In this document: positions 25,083-36,800 of the stretch, piece after piece | Layout of the letters: each line of letters starts with the position of its first letter | How positions within the stretch are numbered: position 1 is the first letter of the stretch | Assembly (NCBI RefSeq): GCF_031769215.1 | Contig: NW_026782322.1 | Location: forward strand, 1 to 64,000 | Reading direction: 5' to 3' | Length of the DNA: 64,000 nucleotides | From: Ylistrum balloti | Lineage: Eukaryota | Notes under the pieces: generated by a model | What the model was told of the DNA's origin: nothing | The model's input: the letters and a program-made list of their open reading frames with translations, nothing else | Databases searched by the model: none | Program-made: the position numbers and the translations under genes

Positions 25083-26099
25083 TCCAGCAATTTGCTTTCA
25101 TTACTTATTCCTGCACTGTTGGCAGTTCATGAGCTGGTAATACACAGCTGATTTTGGTAAGATAACACTGAAGCAATAACATACAATGGTAGATATATTG
25201 CTATAAAACTTTATCACCGATACTAACTCTTCTGTGAATACATATCACTATAGTATTAGTAGTAAGAGTTTTCATTGACATAGAGGCTAGAACCTGTGCC
25301 TTTATCATATCTCCACTCAACTTGTGGTTTATTTCCTTTATCAGAAGGTAAACAATTCAATTCTCCAGTTTCTTTATTGACTGCAGCAAAATCTGAAAAT
25401 AATGAATAATACCTGGATACTAGAAACTTCACTTTTTGTTTGTGTAGCACATCAGATTCAAAGTCAAGACACAGTGGTCACTATTCCTGGTGAACTTGTT
25501 CTTTAATCATATTCTCCTCTTTGTTAGCATATTTGCTCCTTGCCACTTTGTTTCCTTGTCCATGAGTTGATAGAGAAACAATCCTTTGTACACACCATAA
25601 AGTATTCCATGCCATCTCATTGTACATTAAATGTTTCCAAACTAATACTTGGATGATGAATACTCCCATGATTGAAATATTTAATTATTAGAATTTTGAC
25701 TTGTTATAACTGATGTCAGTTTTCTTGGGTTTTATTTTTTTTTTCCGCCCACTTTCTGATGTATGGTTACTTTCGACCAGAATCAAAACCATTTAATAGT
25801 TGTAAAGACACATGCAGATGTGATAACTATACCTTAAGTCCAGGTGCTGAAGATCAGGTGCTGAACTACAGGTATTTCATAAGTGTAAGAAAGACATCAT
25901 TATCACTAATATAGATAAAATTTAAAACCAACTCTCTCATAAGAAATTTTAATTAGGGAAAATGAATCTCTCAGTGCTTACAGTATATGTAAATAAAGAA
26001 GTATACAAGTTAAAGAAGAACATACATCAATGTTATCTCCATGGATTGAGAAGATATATTTTGATTTATCGTCCCTGTGAACAGCCAATACAAAGGGCA

Positions 26100-26215
26100 G
26101 TCTCCTATTACTAACTCATGGTTACCTCACTTAATAACATACAAAAGGCCCATTGCATGTCATCCATAGGGGTAAAGTGTCTTGACCAAGAACACATCCA
26201 CCACAGCACAGACAG
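26100..26215 (-). mobile_element. Degenerate fragment of the SINE family also at 39530-39797 and 51495-51570
   Basis: Shares ATGGTTACCTCA..AACATA..AGGCCCA.TGCATG.CAT....GGGTAAAGTGTCTTG....GA.CAC with the other copies. Confidence 0.6.
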
Positions 26216-27684
26216 AATTGGTTTTTCAGTAAGCAACCATGTTTAGGAAGTGTTGAACCACACACAATGTACCTCTATCTGAGGTTGTGTAGGCGAACAC
26301 TCTACTGACTGTGGTGTTGCTGTAGCTATAAAATCACAAAGAGAGTAATGTACATTTATGTAAACATTGCTTTTATATTCCTGTGGTAAAGGACAAAGTT
26401 TGCATATAATATATTTGCTGTTCAATATTGCAGTACATCTTAAAACTTCAAATGTAAATAGAAAGCAAGCCTCTCAAATAGTACACTTACAATACAATAC
26501 AATACAATACAGGACACTGGCATTATTTGTAATATAACATAACCACATGGTGTTAACAAAGTCACCTTCAAAAATCTTCACAAAAAAGTTGTTTAAGACC
26601 CTTACAAAATAATTTACTTTAACAAACATATATTTCATCACACAGAGGGAAAGTTTTAATTGCACATTCATAAACATGTTGGTAACAGTCATCTGAAGAG
26701 TGTATTGTTCAGTAAATGTTCTGTAAACTAGTGCCCACTAATACAAATGTCATGTTATTTCTACCAGGTAACATACCTGTATTACAGGTATAACTCAACG
26801 ACACACTGTCAAAGCATCTGTTGTAGTAGAATGCTGAATCACAACACAAATACAGCATGGATGGACTACTGTAGACAATACACAGTAATTATAACCTTGT
26901 ACTTTAAATTGTGTACAAACATTTAAAATGAGCTACAAATGTAGACATCAATCCAGTTTAGTTCTTTTACACAAACAGCACGACCATTTCAGAGGCAATA
27001 TTTCTAAATCAAAAGTTACATATACTTGGTGGTTCCCATTGGCAACACACCGACATTATTAATTAACAATGAATGTGAACTCTGACTTCTATACACAATA
27101 CATCTGGTCATATAATTTTGTTATAAAGTCAAGTAAAATGATCACTTCAATAGAGAGATTTCTTTACATAATCTGAAAATTCAATTTTATAAATGAAATC
27201 ATACAAACCAATCATTTACTTAATGAACAGTTTGAAAAAATCTTGATTATCTAGGAATAAGTATGACTAAACTCAAATTTCCTAAAAAGAATTAATTTCA
27301 GTTGAATATGTTGGTATTCTTGTTCACATGTCAACAAATTAGTAAAGAGTATTAAAACAGAAAGTTTATCTTTGATGGATCTTGTTAATACTGATAACCA
27401 AAGACATCATGTGTCTACAAATAGTATTTTGTTAAAAGAACCATGAAATTGGAGCCCCAATAAAGATGTGTGATATAACAAGTTTAGATGGACCATCTTG
27501 TAAATCAGATCCACCTATAATATGAATTATTTGAAATAAGCAGTAAAATCGTTTACAGTGTGTGTAGCCTATATCATATGTATATATAATAAAAACAAGA
27601 AAGGGAATAGATCACAACAAGCCATGATAACTGGTGTCATTTTCATCTCTTTTATTGGGGGTGTATAGTGTTAACCCATATTTG

Positions 27685-28018
27685 CCCGTCCCCCATCCCA
27701 TCCTCATTCTGTCCTCTCCCATCCCCATCCTGTCCTCTCCCATCCCCCATCCAATCCCCATCCTGTCCTCTCCCATCCCATCCTGTCCTCTCCCATCCCC
27801 ATCCTGTCCTCTCCCATCCCGTCCTGTCCTCTCCCATCTTGTCCTGTCCTCTCCCATCCCCATCCTGTCCTCTCCAATCTCGTACTCTCCTCTCACCCCC
27901 CCCCCTCATCCTGTCCTCTCCCATCCCCATCCTGTCCTCTCCCATCCCCATCCTGTCCTCTTCCATCTCATCCCCCCCTCCCCCCCCTCCCCATCCTGTC
28001 CTCTCCCATCTCGTCCTG
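27685..28018. repeat. C-rich minisatellite (ATCCTGTCCTCTCCCATCCCC)n
   Basis: Imperfect 16-21 bp tandem units; source of ORFs 27612-27896, 27634-28053, 27652-28059 and 27668-28078. Confidence 0.92.
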
Positions 28019-29662
28019 TTTCCTTCATGTTGTGGTTCATATTTACCCCATAGCACCATAACATCATTTTACACCTGATCCAATTCTGGGTTGCGTAGAT
28101 TTCGTTGCATACATGTCTGACAGGTACCGGTATTTGCTAATTTATCATCAGAGTTCCATTCATTTGCATTTTAATAAGACACTTTTCATATCCTCCAATA
28201 TCTGAGCTGAGAGCTTGTAGTTGTTGATGACCTGCTGTAGTCAGATGTTCTTTCTCTCATGTTAGGTTTATAATTAAAAGTGACTTAAAGTTCTTTAGAT
28301 AATGATTGATCTAGTTATGGATTTTATAAGATGAATCATTTTGTTAATTTTTGTTATAATTATAATATTTATAGCTAACATTTGATAACCTGTGTATTAT
28401 CAAAAAGTTCTCCGACATACAGTGGTAAGGAATAAGAATACACCTGCTGGACATGAATTCCTAACCCAACAGTTCTTATCTTATAAACAATGAATTATCT
28501 GAACAGTGGGGGAGGAAATTCGTGTTAATGATCTGTATCAACATCATACATACTGCTTTGTTTAAAGACAAACATACTAAATATATTTCTTCAACATTCA
28601 GTAAAGTTACAGCTGAACTACATCACGTCATACTTGTAAAATATGTGGAAAAACTTGAAATTGCCTTCATAATTTATGTATAGTGCCATATTTGACAAAA
28701 TAGAGATGCTAAATTGTTTATGAAATGTTTATGCAATGAACAAATTTAACTTCAATATAGATGAAAAGTTTAGGAATTATCAGAAAAATCCTGACAGGAT
28801 GAAATATAGGGGGTGTCGACAGGTATAATTTGAACATCAGGGCATCAAATTAGTAAACCTTTGTTTATCATACAGTTTATACATCATGTAAAATTAAAAT
28901 TGGCTGGAATGATCAAACACAACACATTAACAGAACAATTTGGACTGAAATCATATTTTATGCAACTTTAAATGGAACTCAATTTGAACCATGAATTCTT
29001 GTAGGTGATATGTAAGGCATTGAAAAAAAAAAAAAAAAAGAAATTAAAAATAAATAATTTACATCAACATTCATGTCATGATAGTGACACACAAAAGACT
29101 TGCACCACTGTTTAGCTAGCAAACATGCTTATCATCAAGTTGTTATTCAAAGATATGACACATCTGTCTGTTACAAAAGCAACTACTGCTTGACTCAGAC
29201 AGGCTTAATGTTAGTCAAAATTTACAAATGCATTGTAAAAAAAAACTTCTATAAGGATAGAAAATGTAGGTATAAATGAAGACACAATTTGTTAAATGCT
29301 TAATTTATTTCATTTAAACTTTCCTCAGTGAGATTATTTCCATTTATGGTAATATCAAAACAATACAGAAACAAAATAAGTAAAAACATTGGATCATTTT
29401 GGGCCTTGTGACTGAACCCATTTCTGGACTAGACCATTAATAATACCAAATAGTTTTGATTTTACATACAATGTAGTAATGTAAATAATAAAATATCAGT
29501 CATAATTGTCCTGAAACTTTACAAATCCACAACAAATGTCCTAATCAATACAAATGGCACATAAATGTCTACATGTCGAATTTCCATTACACCTATACAG
29601 TATGTAATCTACCTTGTAGACAGACTATAGAGGTGTGGAAAATCTCCTGCATCACTGATCAG

Positions 29663-30636
29663 GGGTGGGAGGTTTCTGTCACAGACTGACACTCTCTGAA
29701 CAGGTGTGGGAGGTCTTATTTCACAGACTGACCGTCTCTACAGATGTGGGAGGTCTCGTGTCACAGACTGACAGTCTCTGTACAGATGTGGGAGGTCTCG
29801 TGTCACAGACTGACAGTCTCTGTACAGGTGTGGAAGATCTCGTGTCACAGACTGACAGTCTCTGTACAAGTGTAGGAGGTCACGCGTCACAGAGTGACAG
29901 TCTCTGTACAGGCGTGGGAGGTCTCGTGTCACAGAGTGACAGTCTCTGTACAGGTGTGGGAGGTCTCCTGTCACAGACTGACAGTCTCTGTACAGGTGTG
30001 GGAGGTCTCGTGTCACAGACTGACAGTCTCTGTACAGGTGTGGGAGGTCTCCTATCACTGAGTGACAGTCTCTGTACAGGTGTTGGAGGTCTTGTGTCAC
30101 AGACTGACAGTCTCTGTGCAGGTGTTGGAGGTCTCGTGTCACAGAATGACAGTCTCCGTACAGGTGTGAGAGGTCTCCTGTCACAGACTGACAGTCTCTG
30201 TACAGGTGTGGGAGGTCTCGTGTCACAGACTGACAGTCTCTGTACAGGTGTGGGAGGTCTCCTTTCACTGAGTGACAGTCTCTGTACAGGTGTTGGAGGT
30301 CTCGTGTCACAGACTGACAGTCTCTGTGCAGGTGTTGGAGGTCTCGTGTCACAGAATGACAAGCTCTGTACAGGTGTGGGAGGTCTCCTATCACTAAGTG
30401 ACAGTCTCTGTACAGGTGTGGGAGGTCTCCTATCACTGAGTGACAGTCTCTGTACAGGTGTGGGAGGTCTCCTGTCACAGAGTGACAGTCTCTGTACAGG
30501 TGTAGGAGGTCTCGTGTAACAGACTGACAGTCTCTGTACAGGTGTGGGAGGTCTTGTGTCACAGACTGACAGTCTCTGTACAGGTGTGGGAGGTCTCGTG
30601 TCACAGACTGACAGTCTCTGTACAGGTGTGGGAGGT
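29663..30636. repeat. 42-bp minisatellite, about 23 copies, in the probable SLC30A9 3' UTR
   Basis: Unit ACAGACTGACAGTCTCTGTACAGGTGTGGGAGGTCTCGTGTC; starts 167 nt downstream of the SLC30A9 stop; explains the 284, 288 and 160 aa ORFs. Confidence 0.96.
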
Positions 30637-30802
30637 TACCTACAACACTGGCTGATGGTCTCTGTCTAGGCTGACAATCTGTACAGATGATGGAGGCTAC
30701 CTACGACACTGGCTGATAGTCTCTGTACAGATATGGAAGGTAACATCACCTTCAATGATAAAAGATTGTCTCCATGCATGTACATAGTTAGAAAGATACA
30801 CT

Positions 30803-33800
30803 TCATAAAGACTCCAGATCTACATGGCGAACTTTGGGATGTCTTGCCTGAAAAAGACAAAAAAAAACATTTTCTAAAACGGAGATTCTTATTCTTTAAT
30901 TATATATGTTTAAGGTATATAACACTGTTATACAAATATTCTTCCAAATACAACTTAATATAAAAGAATGAAATTCATTTAAAAAAATCTGAAAGAATCA
31001 AATTGGATGTCTAGTTCAATCTCCAATGGAAATCTATATCATACAATATGTTAGAGTAAAATAGCTTCTTTGACAGACCATCTAACACAAGCAAAGCGTT
31101 TTAAGTGTTTACCTTGATTCTGGTCTCCAGTCCATCTACTCCCTTACCCAGCTGGTTGACAACTTCACCACCATGGTGTAGAAGGAATTCTTCAGCTTCT
31201 TTTTCATTGGATATAAACTGCATTTCCTACAAAACACAACAAAATTTAACTAAATAATAAAGACGTTATTTTAAATAAATCAACAAACAAGAAAAGTCAG
31301 CTTGATTTTATTTATAAAACATGTGATCCCATACAGGGTCTCCACGGAAACTGCAAAATATGGTTAAAAGTTTGTTATCATTGTTTCTTTGGTTGATATG
31401 ACAAAATTTGGAAAAAATTCATTTATGACATATAAGCATTTTTTTTCTTATATTAGATACGCTAACAAGATTCTCTACAGAATAATGTCAAATATGTCCA
31501 AAAACTGGAATTTATAGCAAGCTTATATTTAGTAATAATGAATCCAATGATCAATTGTTATAGATTCAGTGGAAACAAACCTGCAGTAATGATGCCATGT
31601 TCTGCTCCAATAAATATTCTTTGGTGATTTCTCGGCCATTGAAGTCAATCTCGGCTTTCACTCGATCATTTACAACCTTCATATCATGAACTGACCTACA
31701 GTATATATATAAGAGTTTGATTGTTATTATAAACAATACTTTAGTACAGTCAAGGACTAACCAATGTTTTTTACCATATCCCATCTTGATCTATCATCTC
31801 TGCTAGATGTTGTGAGAAATTTCCAATCAGTGATTGTAGATCACAACTGGTTATTTTCCTCCATTTGCGATAACATGTGAAATGTGTATTGAATAAACTG
31901 GTCCAAATAATGTTCTCTCTGAACTTATCTTTGCTGCATTTGTGTAATTATGTTAATTTTCTCGTAATGAGACAAGAAAAATTCACACACTTCCCAGTGC
32001 TACATCTGTCTTGTCCATCTGTCAGGTACCATTAGGTGATATTTAGAGCAAAGTGGAAATATCATATTTAATTGTATACTTTAACGCATAACCAAAAACA
32101 GTTTATGCACTTTTGCCACAATAATGTACGAGAAATAAAATCTGTTACACACATCAGGTAAAAGTTTGAGAATAATTTACTTCAGTCTTCGACTGATATT
32201 CTGTAACATCTCGTTATAGTCTGTTTTTGCCTCGAATGAGATTATGTTGCAGAATGTCAGCCCTCAACAGTAATAAAATGATTTCAAACACATACAGGTA
32301 ACAGATTCTTTTGATCAGGAATGCTTGATATCTATATCTAGCGGTAAAATTAAAAGTATCATCAATTGCAATACATGTCCTGCGATATAAACCCACCCTC
32401 TAAATTCAAGCTAGAATTTCTGTGTTGAGCACTGGGCTCTATTGTAGGATAAATGTCGTATGTTTACACAATGTACATACAGCTTCTCCCAGAATTTCTG
32501 TGTTGAGCACTGGGCTCTATTGTAGGATAAATGTGTTATGTTTACACACTGTACATACAGCTTCTCCCAGAATTTCTGTGTTGAGCACTGGGCTCTATTG
32601 TAGGATAAATGTCGTATGTTTACACAATGTACATACAGCTTCTCCCAGAATTTCTGTGTTGAGCACTGGGCTCTATCGTAGGATAAATGTCGTATGTTTA
32701 CACAATGTACATACAGCTTCTCCCAGAATTTCTGTATTGAGCACTGGGCTCTATTGTAGGATAAATGCGTTATGTTTACACACTGTACATACAGCTTCTC
32801 CCAGAATTTCTGTATTGAGCACTGGGCTCTATTGTAGGATAAATGTCGTATGTTTACACAATGTACATACAGCTTCTCCCAGAATTTCTGTATTGAGCAC
32901 TGGGCTCTATTGTAGGATAAATGCGTTATGTTTACACACTGTACATACAGCTTCTCCCAGAATTTCTGTATTGAGCACTGGGCTCTATTGTAGGATAAAT
33001 GTCGTATGTTTACACAATGTACATACAGCTTCTCCCAGAATTTCTGTGTTGAGCACTGGGCTCTATTGTAGGATAAATGTGTTATGTTTACATACTGTAC
33101 ATACAGATTCTCCCAGAATTTCTGTGTTGAGCACTGGGCTCTATTGTAGGATAAATGTGTTATGTTTACACACTGTACATACAGATTCTCCCAGAATTTC
33201 TGTGTTGAGCACTGGGCTCTATTGTAGGATAAATGTGTTATGTTTACACAATGTACATACAGCTTCTCCCAGAATTTCTGTATTGAGCACTGGGCTCTAT
33301 TGTAGGATAAATGTCGTATGTTTACACAATGTACATACAGCTTCTCCCAGATTTTCTGTATTGAGCACTGGGCTCTATTGTAGGATAAATGCGTTATGTT
33401 TACACAAAGTACATACAGCTTCTCCCAGAATTTCTGTATTGAGCACTGGGCTCTATTGTAGGATAAATGCGTTATGTTTACACAAAGTACATACAGCTTC
33501 TCCCAGACTTTCTGTATTGAGCACTGGGCTCTATTGTAGGATAAATGCGTTATGTTTACACACTGTACATACAGATTCTCCCATAGTTAAAGATAATTCA
33601 CTGAAGCATCTTGGTGTGGACTTACTTACCTGACGATAGGATCACTCTCCATTGTGTTTAGAATGGCCTCTTTTACGTTGGGTGGAGCTGACCTACAAAG
33701 AATCCAACAACAACACAAATAATGTCAGCCATTCATCAATAACTTGTCCTTCACTAAATTACTGTGTAGTTGGTAATATTTGTGAGGAATTTTATTTTCA

Positions 33801-36800
33801 TATATTCATGGGCATTATTGTAAAGTTATGTCTTTTTGTGGGGCTCAATTTTTGTGGATTAAAAAAGAAAAAAGAAAACCTATTTCATGGACACTGGATT
33901 AATATAATATGGCTCAATTAATCTACATAATTAATCTCCTATTTCAATAGTTCATGGATTTGTAGATTAAGCACATCCATGAAATCAACAAATATAAAAA
34001 AATCCAAGAAAATGATTGAATTTACAATAAAAATCTAACAATAATCTCAACAAATGTAAGTGATATGTCTATATACCACGTCACCAGTGTCTAGAAAAGT
34101 TTTCCCGATTACTTATGAAGATATAGTATGATGCAAAATTTATTTCCAGTGAACTAGCCACAACCGGGACAACCGCGAAAAATATTAACCCAGTAAAATA
34201 AAACAAAACATAAAATCATAAAATTGCATCAATCCCCTGCCTATCCTTGGATATTAAGATGGGAGGCATATTACCCATCTACCTACCATTTAACAGTACA
34301 CAGCGTTCAGCTCTACTACCCATCCTTAAAACATAAATTGTACTAACACAAAGTCCTGACTGGTAACATTTGTTGAACACACCTTTCGTTGATTTGTAGA
34401 ATAAGTTTGAAGCGATATGACTTCTCAGTAGTAAATTTCAGACAAATACAAATAAATCAAAGATAAACTGAACTGAATTTTCATTGTCTGATGTCCACCT
34501 CTGATTGATGAACTTTGCCCTCTAATTTTATCACACATATAACTTCAGCAGTGTACCATATTGTTGGAGGATATTAATGAAGCTACAGAAACTGACATCC
34601 ATAGACATTGTGTTATGTAGTGATACTCATGACATTAGTCAAAATCATAAAAATAATGAACTTTTAAATGGGAAATAGAAAACCATTTCCAAATATTTTT
34701 CATTTTTCTCAAATAATTATGTTCTTCTACTTACTTTTCTACAATAGCCTGAAAGTTGGTTGTAACAATGACGCCTCCCACTATACAAAGTATCCCTCCA
34801 ATCATCACAGAACCTAGAGCATCGATCCAGGAAAGGGAGGGATAGACACTTCCTATATAGTAACAGCCTAAGGCGACAAAGTTACCAAGTACTGCTGCAA
34901 AATCCTCCAACAACACCACTGTAATGCTTGGGTCCACACCCTCCTGAACTGGGATCAACAAAATCGGTAAAAATCAATAAAGTTCCACAAAAGCAAGAAG
35001 TATATACAAGGACATCTTGAAAATAATATCAACTCACCAATTTATGAGTAGTGAAAAATACATCTCTTTTGTTTCAAGTTTTTGGCAAAACCACAAAAAA
35101 TTTGAATTATTTGAAAAAAAACCCCAAAGAAACCTCTATGGTACAATCTTATGCTCTTAAAAATAATCATTACAAGCTGTACTTTGGTCCAATAAAGTCA
35201 GAGTTAGTAAAGGGAAAACTGATGAAGTTTTACAGCACAATACATATATACAAGTTCATGTTTACATTGTCCTAATGCAAGGAAGATGCATGTTATTAAG
35301 ATATCACTTGATATGAAATATTGAGCTATTAAAACACAACATCTCTGAAAACATCTATACTCTTCTTACAATACACCAACAGTTAATCTTACTAAAAATT
35401 CACTTTCACAATAAATTGATTCATTAATTCTTGAGAAGTAGATAAATGTGAAAAGAGTCGTTGCATTTAGCACTCTGACTCAATCAAACTGATCATGCTC
35501 TGAAGACCTGGGACATGTATTATGACAATGGCTAAAAGAAAAATTTGTCATGTTTTCAACAGCACATGAACTGATACTATATTTATAAAACTAAAACTTG
35601 GCATGTAATTAATTTCTGTAATAAGTAATCTTTAATATTCTTAACGATATTACAAGGAACATAGACATCCTCCATGGCAAGAACTTACTGAAATTTCGTA
35701 ATCCTTTGATTTTGTTATCTCCTGGAATCTTTTTTGAGGCTTCGTTAAATGCGATGATTAATGAACCTGAAGTATAAACAAAATGCTTAAATCAGTCGGA
35801 TACGATCTTTGTATAATATTGCTTTTGTCTCATAGCGATTGTATGCATGCTTAACACTGTTTTGAAAGATGATGGTATTATTCAGAGCATACAACTGCTG
35901 CTAGGTGGCATTAGTAACTCATCGGAAAATTTGAACCAATCATAAATGTAGGACTTGGTAGAAACACCTACATCCAGAGGCTATGACAAGAGGCTGAAAC
36001 CCTGTGTGATGATTCTGAGAGAGACAAAACAGCTTACTAGAATGTAATGTGCCATCCCCAAGCTTGCTGACTGCAAATCTGCAGGTCAAGTTTACCTATT
36101 ATGCTGGAAACAATATGGCATACTGACCTGCTTCCACACACGTAGTCCCAATCAGAATACTCAAAGCCTGAAAATAAATCAAAGTGTAAGCTTCTTGACA
36201 TGCATAACAATATGCTGTGAAAAAATGTCCTCTGTTTTTTGTCATGACACAATTATTTTACTTCATCTCAACACATGGGCGGCTTTTTTCATGCACTAAT
36301 TTATGATCAAATGAAATATAAGGCCTCATGGAATAGACTTCAACAACTTATATTCCTTATTCAGTAAGGTATCATCTCATCATGTAACTGCACCATTTCT
36401 ACAAGCATTAGAGGCCATATTCCCAACCTTCCTGGGGCAGAGAGGGAAAGGTGGGGTGGAGAGTAGCAAATATAATTCTACCAACTTTGGATTCCCATCC
36501 CCAAAGGATCATTTTGGCCAAGTTTGGTTGAAATCCATTCAGTGATTCTTGAGAAGTTGAAAATGTCATCTGTTTACAGCAGATGACACACTTCCTGGAC
36601 ACAGGCTATCGCCAAAGGTCTACTGAGATTTCAGACATAACAACAGCCTCAGAGTTTTCATGATATCCTATCCCATAACAACTCCATAAACATTTACATC
36701 ACCTGCATACACTGTCCGTAAGTCAATGTTCTGTTTTTCCTCTCAGCTACTATAATATATATATATACATTGGGATTAAAAGTATTGATTTACCTTCATG

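Noticed and set aside
27612-28078. Gly/Pro-rich ORFs on both strands
   Set aside because: Low-complexity products of the C-rich minisatellite.
29665-30604. 284, 288 and 160 aa ORFs as repeat proteins
   Set aside because: All arise from the 42-bp unit (a multiple of 3) in different frames and strands; there is no unique coding sequence or splice support.
31141-31147. GTAAGG at 31147 (minus) as the donor of SLC30A9 exon 17
   Set aside because: Reading through gives LGKGVDGLETRIK, matching the conserved LGAEVDRLEKELK segment, and the donor at 31112 gives the phase required by the last exon.
32422-33633. 403-aa ORF as a real protein
   Set aside because: It is the stop-free frame of a 78-bp tandem repeat, antisense within an SLC30A9 intron.
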